64,000 nucleotides of DNA from Novakomyces olei. Taxonomy: Eukaryota. This document shows, piece after piece, positions 26,079-41,872 of this stretch. The stretch spans positions 434,001 through 498,000 of the forward strand of contig JADEYG010000015.1 in assembly GCA_016906335.1 (NCBI GenBank), written 5' to 3'. The notes beneath the pieces are model-generated. The model made no database searches. It was not told where the DNA came from and saw nothing but the letters and a program-made list of their open reading frames with translations. The translations under genes were made by a program, and so were the position numbers. Each line of letters starts with the position of its first letter. The stretch's first letter is position 1.

Positions 26079-27667
26079 CTATCCGCGATTCCTGTATCCC
26101 ATTCGTTTCAAGCGCTCACAGCTGGGCATTTCGATTTCCTGTGCCCGTTTTAAAGCCTCCCTGTCAATAGTTCCTAGCCAACCATAAGCAGAATTAATAC
26201 GGTTCTGACGTTGCTGGTATTCAATGTCACAGTGCTCTGACAGATCCTGAACATGACGTAATTCAACCTGGCGATCGAGCTGTCTCCGCTTTGAAGCCGA
26301 AAACTTGGCCGACTGTGCCGGGTTGACATAGTAAGGGACCTTGTAATTCTTTGACAAAACCTCTTCAGTGTAAGGCGGAGATACAGAAAATTTGAAGCTC
26401 GGTGCCGAATTAAACATGGCTGAACCGCCTTCATCTGATGAAAATAAGGAGGAAAGCATCGTAACTAGCAGCAATAGGAGCAAAGGTGCTAATTGAATAA
26501 GACCAGAGCTTCTATTATCTTCCCCGCCCTGTCGCCTCTGTGCTCCGCCTCGACCTCGAGCAGTTTGGCCGTTTCCAAAATGATTAACACGGATGCCTGG
26601 GCCACCAAAGCTCGCCATGAAAGGGCTTCCACCACCACGGCCAAATGAGGCAGAAGCGCTGCCTCCACCAAAGAACATATTAAACAAGTCCTCGGCTGAA
26701 AGCTCGTCTTGCATACCGAACCCGCCATTAAAGCCTGAAGCAGCAGAGCGATATGTTCCGCCTGCAAACGGATTAGAGCTGGCCATCCGCGAAGAGCTTG
26801 AGTCTGGATCTGCACCATGCTGATCAAATGCTGCCCTTTTATTCGGATCTGATAGAACTTGGAAGGCTTTTGATACCACTGGTATGTTAGAACGTATATC
26901 TTAGATTTAAAAAGTAGGGAGAAAAACTAGAAAAGTAATTCAGGAAATGATGAGCTTGATAATAAAGTAAATTTCTGTACCGTAAAACCAAACAAAACAA
27001 AAAGTAGTATTTTTCGATCATAGAAATGAATGTGGCAGTAGTAAAAAATCACCGCGCAAGCAAAGTAACAAAGAGGCACAACCAAAACGGAGACTAAAAC
27101 CCAAACCCAAACACATATCGTATGTGAAACCACTCACTTTTAAAAGCCTCATCAGCGCCTGGAGCACTATTCTTATCAGGATGTAATTGTAAAGCAAGCT
27201 TCCGATAAGACCGTTTGATTTCGCTGTCGTTTGCCTTTTCGTGAACCTCTAATATTTCATAATACTTTGTACGGCCCCGTTTCACAATCTTTTCCACTAA
27301 TAATTTTTGTTCCCTTGTAAACCCAGCACCATCAGACTTTTTTGGAGAAGAAGCAGGTGCCTCGCTTGCTGCTTTTCTTTGACGTAGCCCATCAAACTCT
27401 TCTCCTGTTGATTTGGTATCCCCATTTGCATGTGACCCTGGCTTTGCGCTGTCAATTGTTTCTAACAGATCCGTCGCTTCTTTACTGGGGAACAGAGCAA
27501 TTGATTTGTTGGCGAACCTCAGCGCCCCCTCAGTATCACCAGCAGCAAGTTTCCGTCTCGCGATTCCAAGCGCTCTAGCTGATTAATATCCATTTACATG
27601 TCAAACAGTGAGAATCAAAAAACAAATAAAAGACATACTTGATCGAGTCGTCCCTATTGCCCTCCAT
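26079..27667 (-). CDS. HLJ1: ER DnaJ co-chaperone (DNAJB12/Hlj1 type), 3 exons
   Basis: [10 protein letters not shown] start; J domain with LHPDKN; G/F-rich region; TM; DUF1977-like C-terminus. Confidence 0.9.
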
Positions 27668-28262
27668 CCTTCCTCTACTATGCCTTTCTCGTGCAGAATT
27701 TTAATGCCAAGACAATCGCAATTGACAAAGTTTGGGGCCAAAGTGCTGCAAGGCCAAACGCCGGTATCGACGGCGCCAAACTCGTGCAGTCCAATAAAAA
27801 TGTCCGAGTGGCCGTTAAACGCAGCAGTAAAATTCGTTTCAATTTTGCATACTGCACCACGTGTAACGTTGGAGTTATACCGTACTACTACTACTACAGA
27901 TGAATGATTGTAGACTAATGTATGGAAATGTGTGTCTACCGTATAGGAGTACAGTATTAGCCTTACATATTAGCGCTACAAATTAGCCATATAGTATTAG
28001 AAATACACATTATCTATCTATATACACTTTATCTATACACTTTACCTATACACATTATATATGATCCATACACTATCTATATATTATCTTACATACTATC
28101 TATATTATCTATACACATTACACAATATTCATATACAAAGCCGTTGACAAAGGCCGCCGGGCAGCCTGTACGCTGATCAAAGCACTGTAATGCGAGACTA
28201 AGCAGAAATCAGAGCGTTATTGTATGCATGGAAATCTGACTACCAGACGCCTTTATGAGAGA

Positions 28263-30093
<1,831 letters not shown>

Positions 30094-30661
30094 GCCGTGA
30101 TGGAGCGTTTTCCTGACTAAATTTTGGGTTCCTATTTATGCATTATTCATTATTCATTATTCATTATTTATTTACTGTTCACCGGGGGGTAATCATTATT
30201 TTTCTGGGTTATTTCGGCGTTAAAGTGCGTCTTTGGTTTATCGTTGTACACATGTTTTATTTGAGCGCATTGTATTCCGTATTTTGCCATTTACAATCGA
30301 AGGCATACTGTGTGTCCCGACTGGATTATATATTATTATATCCTCTTCTTTGGATTTGGGTAATGTTCTCCTCAAACAAATTTTCAGCCGCTGTTTAGAC
30401 ACAATGTAGGTAGGTAGGGTGAATGTTGTATTGGCTTAAAGGCTCCACGGGGCGTAATAAAGATTGTGTTTCCATGGAGTGTAAGTGTCCATGACAAGAC
30501 TTTATGGGACTAGATAGTAGAAGAATATGTTATTTTCAAATAAAGTATTATTTATTACTAATATACCGATAGCAATAACAACAACAATCGTCTTTGCAAG
30601 ACATTAGTATTAAACACACAAACAAAAAATCTACATCAGACACTTTTCGGTCCCAATTTGT

Positions 30662-33572
30662 TTATTCCTCTTCCTGGGTCGGCTCAGTCTCTTTCTCGGC
30701 CTGCTTAGCCTTTGGAAGAGCCTGTGGTGGAGCTGGTTCATAAATTTCTCCAAATAGCCTCAGCATAAGAGCCTGTTTCTCCTTCTTCCCCAGCATAAGA
30801 TTACAGCTATTAGTTGATCGCCAGAGCGGCGCAATAATAATGTTGCCCGCCATCCTGGCACAATCATCCTGCTGCTGTTGCTGTGTAAGATCACAGCGCA
30901 GCACAGCACAGCCCAAGGGCATTTTCCTCAGTGTTTCCACGAACTCTGACTCTTCGCCATGATGATTGAAAGCACTAAATCGAGGGTATGAAAACTGCAT
31001 AAGAACACGAACGTCTTCGAGCCTGCCATTTACAATGCAATCCTTACTCAGATATGGGTAAATAAGGGTGACTCCCTCGTCTGTAATTCGGAACCGACAA
31101 AGGTTTGCCTGTGATGATTTCTCCATAGCATTTAAAGCAGATGCACTTAAATCTTGGCGGTAAAAGACACGAACTCCGCCGTGGACAAACTTGATATGGC
31201 CTTCATTGCACTGCAAAAGGTCACGCAACTCACTACTGACAAAATAGATTGCTCTAACCGGTTCGCCCATAACATTTCTCACTAAATAATGCGTCCTTGG
31301 GAAAGTGGAATCAATGCCGTACCGTTCCGTAATACGTACGAGTTCTTGATGATTTTCATCCAGAAACTTGAAGGGCTCGTCGCGAAATAAATTATTTTTT
31401 TCGACTGCAGAGTTTGGAGCGATTGCTATCGGGTCCGCTGCCAGTTCAGAAATCGTGTTATGCTTGGTCTCGGCGCCGTTAATTCGCTGCTTCTTGGCCG
31501 GCGGTTCTTCGTTTTGCAGAGTGGATTCATCGGGCCCAATTGTATCTCCGTGATCTTGAATTTCGGAAAAATTATGCGGCTCTTCCTGGCTTTTAACACG
31601 CGAATCCTCCTCAACATCACTGTCGTTATTTTGCACAATAGTCTCCGGCAAACGATCAGACGGAACTTGGTGTGGAACTTTTTCACGGAACTTGTCCGTC
31701 TGAATGTAGCTTGTTTTTTCAAACACTGCGACGAAAAAGCCACCTGTGTCCTGCGCCTGAGGCAGTACTCGAAACCTGTACCGTGTTAGATTTGTATCTT
31801 CATTCCGAATCAAACAAGTGTACAATTTATATAGTAAGAAAAAATGTAAAAGGCAGAGAGGAACAAAATTGACAATAGTTGATAGTAGTTGAGTATTTCA
31901 AGCGTTAAAATAGATAATTCTATTATCTACGATGCAAATCAAGAAAGCCACAATAAATGTTCAAGTCAAATATAGAGATAGGTAGGGCATACGCGTAATG
32001 CAAATTTAATCCGTCTGCCTTTTCAGCAGAAGGCGGCCACAGAGTTGGAGGAAAAACAGCCTTTTCGTCGTCTCCGAGCTCATTATGCGAATCCAATTCC
32101 TCACACGAATTGTTTATAACTTTCCAGGTTTTTCGACCTGGTTCGCGTTTCAGTCCGGGAACAAGATCGCCGACATCTACAAGCTTTACCGCTCCGCCAG
32201 TGGCATCAATTGCGGCGCTCAAAACTGCTTCGTCCTCGACTGGGTTAAGAGAGCATGTCGAGTACACGAGACGGCCACCGATATTCAGCATTTGCAGTCC
32301 GCGTAACAGGATCTTTAGTTGTATACTATATATTCGTATTAGTTTGAATTCGTTTCTCGACTGTGTTATTCCTTTACTTTACTGTACGCAATAATATTTT
32401 TTCTTTCTTTACTTTTTTTTCTCTTTTGTAGTTCCTTTTAAACTTTGCAAAACTAGACTTACTTATGAAGTGAATTTCCACTTTGCGGTTTCCATTTGTT
32501 CCAAAGTGCCAAATTTTTCCGAAAAGTGCCGTCTCCGGAACACGGTACATCGGCCAAGATACGATCAAACTTCATAAGCGTCCTTTTGCCATTCTTTAAT
32601 GTGTAAAAATTAGGCATTTTCGACGCATCATGATTGACAATGATAGAATTAGGAGAGTTGAGCCGTTTTACCTGGTGTACCAACAGATGAGCCCGTTTAT
32701 TATCAGCATCATTGGCAACGACTAAACCTGAAGGAGTCACTTCAGTTGGCCGTGGAGCCTGTTCATCCACATAGTCCATATGGGAAACTTCTGGTGCGGA
32801 ATGGATTGCCTCCACGAGCTGAGCCGTCTTTGATCCCGGAGCTGCACACATATCGAGAATGGTATGATGAGAGCGGACGTCCATAAAAAGCGGAGGCACC
32901 ATGGACACGAGTTCCTGTCGGGAGATGTTGCCTGCCTCGGTTTCGCTCACTAGGAACTGTTGTAGTTCACGAAAATGCGGTTCTTTACGAATAGCTTGTT
33001 TAGGTACATTGAGCTGGTAAGCAAGACCATTCGGGAACCACGAGATACACTCTGGCGGAGGGACAGTTTTGCCATTGAATGCAACGTCTTGCAACTGGGA
33101 AAGGTACTCTTTTTCCAAGTAGTTTCTCAGGTCTACTGCGTGTCTAACTGTTAGTAATAGAAAAGGCAAGCAATTGAGCTAAAGGACAACACAAGAAGTC
33201 AGCAGTTATGGTAGAACTGAAATAATTCATAACGTGAAAAAGAGTCTATAACAGACAAGACACTCACTTTTTGGATCCTGTAATCCTGAATGTCGCGGGG
33301 AGAGGTCGGCGCATAGTCGCCATAAACGATTCCCATTCGTCCTGTGGCACAATGCCTTGCAGCTTGTAGTATGTTTCAAATCGATCATTCCTTTATCGTC
33401 GTTAAAAAAAGTTTTGGTTCATGAACCTACTCTTTCACGATTGTTTCATAAGCATTGGTGCTGCCCGAGTTCGTTTGCTATTAGGCATTAGTCTTCTACC
33501 TCTAGATTTCAAACTCACAGGGCGGACAGTCTTCTCTTTACCGCCGCGACGGCCGCCGCGACCACGACCCAT
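30662..33572 (-). CDS. NCL1: tRNA m5C methyltransferase (NSUN2/Trm4), multi-exon
   Basis: ISRQELVSMVPP, LDMCAAPGSKTAQL, DRILADVPCSGDGT, VYSTCSLNPVEDEAV, QDTGGFFVAVFEK. Confidence 0.95.
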
Positions 33573-34548
33573 AGAGTCAGGACGATAAACCTTTTTCGAT
33601 ACACTGCAATTTATTATATTATTCTTTATGATAATTTTTTTATTGTACCATTTTTTATTTTACTATTTTTACCTACTCGAAGATCGTAATTGTTTTTTTA
33701 TTATGTCTCATATCAATATGTGAGATGTAACTTGGATGTCCAAGACAAATTATTATGACAGTCGTATGTAACACGAAACATAGAGAGACACAATATTTGG
33801 GGCAATATATTACATTATGTATAACATTATGTATAACATACGATTAATTTATCAGCACCCCCACACAAGACATCGCCTCCAGAGCTGCGTGGCACGAGGT
33901 TGTGAGAGGAAACTTTCTCACACTCTGCTGAGCCATTTGCATACCTGCTTTAGCCAGCGCTTCTGCGCTCTATCGGAAACAATAATTTCATTAAATGCTA
34001 GTAGCTACGCGGAATAATCTTTGCAAGTTTTACTTGTATACTTGTCCAAATACCCCACCACATAAAGCATCATCTAACTCACACCTCGAACCATAAATAC
34101 TGTCGCTCGCTTATGAGACCCCACCGCGCCCCACAAGTAAGAAGTAGTGACACAAAACGAACCTTATCGGCGCCAATACTTTGAAAATCTTATACTCTCG
34201 TGCCTTGTTTTTGCCACTTATAGTTTCTCCCATAAAAGAGGCACAAGCAATACATCGACTATATATTTGTTAAATAGTGATGGCATTCACCCACACACAA
34301 TCATTTAGTCCAGCAGCCCACCAACGTTCGTTTTTCTGTTCATTCGCTGAAATTAAAGCAAAAAGAAGGCGCTTTAATCGCTTTTGAGTTTAACGCAAAC
34401 GATCTACCAATATCTATTCAAGCGTATTGAAGTTCCGCACGGAGATTGCCAGTCACGCCTTCGGTCTATTTTTTTTGTCTTGCCGATCATTTAGCGAAAA
34501 CCGTTGGACACAATATATCGAAAGGTGAAAAGGGCAAAGTCTCTGTAA

Positions 34549-35960
34549 ATGTCTGGTCAAAGCGAACTCGAGGCCCCAACGCCGCCTGATATTCCTCGTA
34601 ATTACTCGGATTTAAACCTATTCTACTTTTATACCTGTCTACTGAATATCTTTTATTTCATATCGCATTATACGCTATCGAACTTTTTTGTTCAAGGCTT
34701 TGACTTTTCTTCGATTGAGGAGCACCGCGACTAACTATCTGTACAAAAGAAGATGGAAGCGTAAATTTAGTATCTTTGGCTGCTCGCAGTAAGATCGGAA
34801 CAAATCTTCATTCTATCGACTGCGTTTATCCCGGACTCTACGTTTCCGAGTATGTTGCCCTTAAAAAAATAGAGAAAAATGTGGATGGCCCGCTTGCTTT
34901 GATTTGTCTTGCGAGCCCTCCACTTTGGATATTATAGTGTATATGATCTTCAAACTAATCTACTGCTAGCATTTATGGCGCAGCTAATGAACCTGCATTG
35001 GAACGGATTGGAATTACAAACATCGTGAGTGTTGTAAACATCCCTACTCATATACCGGAAAAGTACGACGTACTCAATATCTCCGTTGAGGATAATGCCT
35101 TTCAAAACATTTTACAATTTTTGCCGCAGACAAACAAGTATATAGATGAATGCATCTCGAGCGGAGGAAAAGTACTGGTTCATTGGTAAGGCGTTGCGAC
35201 TGAATATGGCTAATTAGCTTCAGTTTTGCGGGGATGTCACGCTCCATTACTGTTGCCGCCGCCTATATTATGATGAAAGAGCAAAGGTCATCAGAGCCAG
35301 TCTTACGAGACATCAATCGTGTGCGGCGTGGTGTGCAACCCAATATTGGATTTATTAAGCAGCTCGAAATATACGAGCAATGCGACTACGAGCTGTCCTT
35401 GAATAAGGAACCTTACAGGCGTTGGCTTTTCCGAAAGTATGGGACTTTTGCAACACGTAAGTGAAAATTGGAGTATTCATCGAACGTATCTATATACACC
35501 GTTGATTACAATGGCATACATTTAACTAAAACCAAACTGTATGGCTAACTCTACAGTCAATGTAAAAGCCCCTAATGATGTTGCCTACTTGGAGGCGAAA
35601 CAGGCCGCTCGGGGCCAGAACGAATTGAGGTGCAAGAAATGCCGGTTTATTCTGGGACTTTCCTCACATATAATCCCGCATACGCCGAAAGGTACACCGG
35701 CTGGGACAGAAGTCCCGGCAGCCAGGGCACTTACAAATCCTTCGTACTCTTCAACTTGTCAACACTATTTTCTGGAACCCATCAGGTGGATGAAACCAGA
35801 GCTTGACAAGGGACTGCTGGAGGGCCGGTTTGATTGTCCTAAATGTGGCAGCAAGATTGGCAGCTATAAATGGCAAGGAATGCAATGCTCCTGTCTTGCT
35901 TGGATTGTGCCTGCGCTCAGTATTATGCGCAGTAAAGTGGACGAAGTACGGCGCCTTTGA
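34549..35960 (+). CDS. YVH1: Dual-specificity phosphatase Yvh1/DUSP12, 5 exons
   Basis: Spliced catalytic loop VHC|FAGMSRS, QPNIGFIKQL; C-terminal Zn domain CKKCR..CQHYF..CPKC..WQGMQCSC. Confidence 0.92.
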
Positions 35961-36546
35961 TATAAATACCCGAAAATGCATTTTGGATGTAAATTTTTCT
36001 TTATTGAAAAAGAGTTTGGTAGAAATTTGTACAGTTTTGATCGGTTAATACACGTTGAGATATCTTTGCGCATGTTAAGATGATAATTACGACAATATTT
36101 AAATAATCAAGCTTCTCAGCCTAGTTCCGATGGCGGATATTCAGTACACAACTTTGATAGGCAAATAAATCCATGAGTGGTCTATTTTGATTGCCTTTGC
36201 TGTTATGTCTTCAGGTTATTGTCATAATTAATTTTAAAATACTGCAATGTGACGATTTGATCAAATCTAGCCGTTCTGGGACTACGAAACAAATCCTTTT
36301 TCGCCAATAAAATACTAAAGTCAGGAGCAGTGCCTTTACCCATTTGACTGTTGGGCAATATAATTTATTCTTCAATTACGCGGACGGGTACCCGTGTGCG
36401 TAATAATGACAAGTACGAAAAATTTATAGAAAAATGTAAACGATAACCCTGACAAACCCTAATAATTATTTTGCCGAATAAATAATGCGGGCAATGTTTA
36501 CAACAATCTAGCATTTCGCATCACATGCATTCGTAGACCGGCAAGC

Positions 36547-38081
36547 ATGCCACCAAAGTACGTGGTGGACAACATATTGGCAGATGATTTGTTGGTCGCT
36601 TACCCGCGGCAATTGCTCTTTCGTTTGCTTAAAAGATTACCCAAAATTTCGCTGGCAAAATTGGCACTTGGCTGGTTGAATGATCCCTCATGCCCTCGAC
36701 ATCCTTTACGTGACGCTACTACGGACGAGGTTTACCAAGACCTCGAGAGCGAACAGGAAGCACGTGCAATATATGAGAAAAGCATCCTAGGAAAAACCGC
36801 TCGTTTACAGTGCCTCAATCGAGTGCTGGATGACTGGGTAAGTGGTACAGGCAAATTGTATGAATTGACTAACGTCAGTCTCGTGGACTGATCCTGCGGC
36901 AACTGGCCCAATGCGATCTTCAGTGTAAGTGCCGTAGATGGCTTGCCATTCTTTGCCATTCTTTTTGACTAGCTCTTTTATTGTTTAATTATTTTATTAT
37001 ATTTGATTATGTTTGATTATTTTATCGAATTAATTGGTTTGCCCGTATCGATCTTTAGCGCATAGTCTTTTGTCTATCACCGTTTGTCGCGTTTGTACGG
37101 CCTTCAGCTACTGCGTACCGTCTAATTATCTCTCATGTCCATAATCACTTGCTTTCTTGCCGCTTCTCGCATTCTTTACTAACTACAGGCTTGCTCGTCC
37201 ACCCAAACAGTGCTACTTGGTGCGCTAGTACAATGACAAGTCTTCCTTATTATGGTACCTAAATCGTTCCTTTTATTTATTTTGCTTTTATGCTTACCGC
37301 AGTGAGCGACGAGGCGCTGCTTAAAAAATTACGCAGAGAACTAGCCCCTCTTCTCCCAGTACATATCCATATTGCTCGGCATCCACAACAGCAGCAACTG
37401 CTTTTGCTACGATTCGAAGTTCATGAAGCCCCACCTATGTCCGGATCCCGCTCGATACCCCCTCCTAAACGGAAAGCCCTCTACTTTGCCATTGCTCTAT
37501 CGTCACCTTTTATATTTCACTGTGTTCAGCAATCTAATGTTCATGCTCTGTTGCTGCAAGCTGTGTCCCGTTCCTTTTCAGTTTCACCTCGATCAGCTCG
37601 TCTCTCTTCAACACAGATAACAGCACCTTCGTTGGCCTCTATTCTGGCTCGCTGTGGGCCCAAGAGGGGTACCAGTGCACTGGCCGCCTGGTCAATTTAT
37701 GCCCAGAATGAAGTTGAAGGATCTCCGCTAGATGCGGACCGAGTTCGACAACAATCAGATTTTGATGGATCTGAAGCCGAATTTCGGGCTCGCTGCACTG
37801 AGGCTCGAATGGGGCGGGAACAGCCTTATCAGCTATCTACACTGCACGTAAAATTGACAGAGCCTATGCTTATGGAGCCTCGATCAGAGACGCAACAGCC
37901 AATTGCCGCGGGTTCTGTTACAATGACTCTACGATTCGAAGGAAGCCATGTCTTGGACGCAGTTAAGGAGCTGGCAGAGGCTGGAATAGTTGATGCTGTG
38001 AAAATGCCGGCTTGGATGACGGGAGAAGTTCGTTCTAATTATTTCAGAGTTGAAAATGGCGTCGTAATGGACGAGGGTTGA
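36547..38081 (+). CDS. CHL4: Inner kinetochore protein CENP-N (Chl4/Mis15), multi-exon
   Basis: LLKRLPKISLAKLALGWL..DDW|SRGLILRQLAQCDLQ..ALAAWSIYAQNEVEGSPL..FEGSHVLDAVKELAEAGIVDAVKMPAWMTGE. Confidence 0.82.
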
Positions 38082-38194
38082 TCTCGTTGTGGATAATGTA
38101 TATAGTGTATTAATTTATTTAGCTGACGCTAGCTTACATTAGTTTACATTAATTTACATTTATGTTTATAGTTGTACAGCTCTTCATATAAAGC

Positions 38195-40303
38195 TCAAAG
38201 CTTCAACGCGGCCGACGTTTTAGCATCTTTATGTTTCCCATTGGCACCTTTTCTGTGCCCAGCAACGATTTTGCCTGTGGCCACGTCTCTCTGCTCTCCG
38301 TGCCGGCCGATAACTCTCACATTACCCGCCGCCAAATCACGAGTAAGCTGAAGCTTGTCCTGCTGCTGCGCAGTCTGAGCCTGTCCCTGACCTCGGCCGG
38401 CCAGTTCCTCAGCTCTTCGTCGGCGCTCAGCCTCACGTTTATGAGTGGCCCTGTTTTTGTCTCTCCGTCTAGCCGCCCGTTTCTCCTGACGCGTCATTTC
38501 TTCTCTGGAAATCGGAATCCCAGAATGACCAATGCGGTCTCCACCGCCGCCGCCACCCGAACCCGGCTGTTCCCGATCTCTCTGTGGTCGATAAACGTCC
38601 TGTGGGGCAAATGTGGAAGCAACACTTCCGGAAACTCCCGAGGGTTGAGCTTCTTCCATGCGTATTACAGGAACATTACGGACCTCAATGTCTCCAGTAG
38701 TGGTAGGCTTCGGTCTAAAATGCCACGAGGATAAAGCATCTAATTTTGCAACAACTTCAGACCAGAGCGACTCTATTTCCTTGTGAGCAGCGTCCAGTTT
38801 TTGCTCTGCTGCTGATGGATTATTACGCGGATCCGTCCGTTGTAAATGCTCCTGCTCGTACAATTCACCCAAACTCAGTTTGCTCTTAGACTCGTCAACC
38901 TGTAAGTCTCGAGACGGTTTGAAATCGTGCTGCTGCTGCTGCACTTGTGCGCGTCTATACATGACATCATCAAAGGCCTTGTTCAGTATGCGGTCTCGAA
39001 TCCTGTCTTCCAGAGCACTCGCCGTCTCTGCTGTGCTCAGAGGGACCGGCCTTGAGCTCTGCTCGTACTCTAGAGCACTTGCACTGCTATTGCTATTGCT
39101 ATTGCTTTGGCTCTTGCTATTTGCATTAGCATCATAAACCTCACCGTCCAGTAACGAGTTTACTGGCCGATCGTGCTTGCTGGCTTCACCTAGAAGCGCC
39201 CAGTTTTTAGCGGCCACATTCTCCTCCTCCAGCTGTGCAATCTGTGCAGCCAATTGCTCTTGCTTTCTCTCATGCAGCGATCGAGTCTCCCGTGAGGACT
39301 CTTGCTCGTCTTCGTCCGCAAACAAGTCTTGAGCCAGTCGGCCTCCAAACTCAGAGACATCTTTTTCCGATTGCTCGCCCGCCTCTTTTGCCTCCAAGTC
39401 TGAGTCCAATTCTCGTCCTTGTCCATCCAATTCCTCCTTGTCTTGGATGCTGAAGCGAACACGGGGCCTTTTGCCCCCACTAGTATCGTCGCCATCGTGC
39501 TTCCGTTTAGGCTGTAAAGATTTCTGAGGAGGAGCAAAAAAATCTGCGTAGAAAATCTCATTAGGATCGCCCCCATCCTCCCCATCGCTGGCAACTGCAT
39601 CCGGGTCTGCCGTATAGTCAAACTCTTCATCCTCTTCATTCTCACCGCCTTGCAGCGCATCGGCCTCGTCGGTTTCGAGCCGGAGAGTCTGCTTGTTGAA
39701 GGAGTCAATATCAAAGAATCCATCATTTAAACCGTGCTCGTCCTTTACGTACTCTGTAGATTGCGGCTCTATATAGCTTTGCTCATCTCCTTCCTCTTCG
39801 CTAAAGTCTTCATTGTCAAAGTATTCATCGCTTTCGCTCAATACTTCATTTGATCCTTCACTATTAGTTTCCAGAGACTCTTGTTCGTCTCTGCTCCCCG
39901 TTTCACTATCGCCTTCACTATCGCCTTCACTATCGCCTTCGCTACCGTCTTCAATAGAATATTCCTCTTCATCGCCTTTGCCCAGTGCTATCGGTAAAGA
40001 CTTGCTTTCAGTCGCAAAACCAATAGTATTTCCCACGACTTCATCCACAATAAGTCGTAACTGCTCGGAGACTTGATCGACCGTCATGTCTTCCACTAAT
40101 AACTCATCCAGTAAAAAGCCTTTGGGAATTGCTGGATCGATGAGAGACTTGACGGCATCAAGCGCCGTCCGCTTCGTATCGTCATTTGGAGCCAGAAATC
40201 TTGTTTGGTCTTTTTCCAGCACATCCAAAAAATCATGCGCCGTTTGGGCATTAGGCCTTGCGGCCCTGACACTTTGGTCGGAGGATGTGCTTGGCTGTAC
40301 CAT
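38195..40303 (-). CDS. MPP10: U3 snoRNP protein Mpp10
   Basis: Acidic N-terminal half with GLNDGFFDIDSFNK; LEEENVAAKNWALLGEA, RPVNSLL, KLDALSSWHFRPKP. Confidence 0.94.
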   Translation of the reverse strand: MVQPSTSSDQSVRAARPNAQTAHDFLDVLEKDQTRFLAPNDDTKRTALDAVKSLIDPAIPKGFLLDELLVEDMTVDQVSEQLRLIVDEVVGNTIGFATESKSLPIALGKGDEEEYSIEDGSEGDSEGDSEGDSETGSRDEQESLETNSEGSNEVLSESDEYFDNEDFSEEEGDEQSYIEPQSTEYVKDEHGLNDGFFDIDSFNKQTLRLETDEADALQGGENEEDEEFDYTADPDAVASDGEDGGDPNEIFYADFFAPPQKSLQPKRKHDGDDTSGGKRPRVRFSIQDKEELDGQGRELDSDLEAKEAGEQSEKDVSEFGGRLAQDLFADEDEQESSRETRSLHERKQEQLAAQIAQLEEENVAAKNWALLGEASKHDRPVNSLLDGEVYDANANSKSQSNSNSNSSASALEYEQSSRPVPLSTAETASALEDRIRDRILNKAFDDVMYRRAQVQQQQHDFKPSRDLQVDESKSKLSLGELYEQEHLQRTDPRNNPSAAEQKLDAAHKEIESLWSEVVAKLDALSSWHFRPKPTTTGDIEVRNVPVIRMEEAQPSGVSGSVASTFAPQDVYRPQRDREQPGSGGGGGGDRIGHSGIPISREEMTRQEKRAARRRDKNRATHKREAERRRRAEELAGRGQGQAQTAQQQDKLQLTRDLAAGNVRVIGRHGEQRDVATGKIVAGHRKGANGKHKDAKTSAALKL

Positions 40304-40723
40304 TCACGCAGCAGTTCTAATTTTTTTTGCTGTAATTCTTGTAAATTATAGTCGAGATAAAGCGAGAAAATATACAGGAGTATTATAATATAGTAAAATA
40401 TATTGGGCAGTATAATACCAGAGTACCAGAGTATTGTGTATATATAAACATATCAGCTGTCCAACTTGCTGCTCGCTGTTTACTTGTACTCGCCATTACA
40501 TTAGTTAATATGCCCTCCTATATCATTTATTCGCTACCATTATTCCCTACTATTTTAGTCCCTGCTACTATCGCCTACTATTATTCCTCATTATTCCCTA
40601 TTATACAGCAGATTCATTCCGTAAATTACGTAAATACTAAGCTTTTTGGCCTTTAAACACAAATCAACTCCACAATTCGTCTTCCGAAAACAACAGCAAA
40701 TCTTTATTCCTAATCTTTACAGA

Positions 40724-41262
40724 ATGAGCGCCAACGACCTCGACGTTTTTGGATACTCTTATGTAAGCTGCCGTCAATTTGGCAAGGCTTCTGACATGGA
40801 CAGGCCGCGTTTACTTTTGCCGGTGGAGTACTGGGTTACTATCGTGCACAGAGCACGGTCAGGTAAGGAAGGAGGTTACCAGGAAGGAACAAACAAGAAA
40901 AATGAAAAGAAATTAAAATAAGACATAAACCTTACGAAGCTGTTACTAATCCAAAAGCCTTGTATCTTCCACAGTCTTTGGAAGTCTACTCGCCTTTGGA
41001 GCCAACCTAACCTCCAAGAATCGTTCTAATGCTCACGTTATTTTCTGTATGACGTAGTAGTTGCAACGGGCTTAAACCATTAACAATCTAGGGACTTCTG
41101 CTCTGCTTGGATCTTTGTTTGGTGTTCGCTATAGCAAATCAAAGAAAGTATTCCCGGCGGGCATTATGGTGCTGATGTCGTACGTGCCCCTTTTACTGAC
41201 TTCAACACTGACGTCATAGTGCGATATCGGTCGTGCGCTACGGTCGCCGTATATTTGGCTAG
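40724..41262 (+). CDS. TMEM14-family small membrane protein, 5 exons, about 105 aa
   Basis: Exons 40724-40762, 40804-40862, 40958-41046, 41092-41179, 41220-41262 give MSANDLDVFGYSYAAFTFAGGVLGYYRAQSTVSL..GVRYSKSKKVFPAGIM..RYGRRIFG. Confidence 0.85.
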
Positions 41263-41872
41263 TAACTGGTTAAGCCTGTGAAATTCGTCGTGGAATGCAA
41301 GTTTACAAGTTTCATACTGGCTTCGTAAATTTGACGGTTATGCTTTCAAGACTAGGACTAATGAATAAATGAATGAATAATTAACTTATTAATTGCCTTG
41401 AGTCGAACAACGCGTTTAGACGACTTTGGTTAAATATAGTAATAGAACTGAACGTTCATTTAAAATACTAGGAATTTCTTTTGCAGATCTTGGTCTTGAT
41501 AAATATAAAAGTCAACATAGAATTATTACATTATTTTCTAATTGTTACATCAAGATACAGCGGTCAAAACCGTACGCAGTAGAGATCATGATCTCAGTTG
41601 CCATTCGTCAACTCATTCAGGATATAATTAATCACGCTTTGGCAAGACTTTTGCAATTCTTTAGGTAAAAGGTGTAGACCCCGAGGAAATTATGCAAATA
41701 ATTAATAGCAATTTTGCTCTGAATACTGATGAATCAAGCAGTACAGAAATATAAAATTTGTGAGTTTAGGACAAAGAAGATATATAAATAAGGGAAACTG
41801 TAACACACATAGGACAAACCACTTCTTAAATGCGCACTACAAATCCTTCAGTGCTAAACGGCTTGTTGCTTC

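Noticed and set aside
28005-28137. Degenerate TATACAC/CTATAT repeats upstream of ATG15 (similar tract near 53150-53270)
   Set aside because: Low-complexity intergenic sequence; no defined unit or structure.
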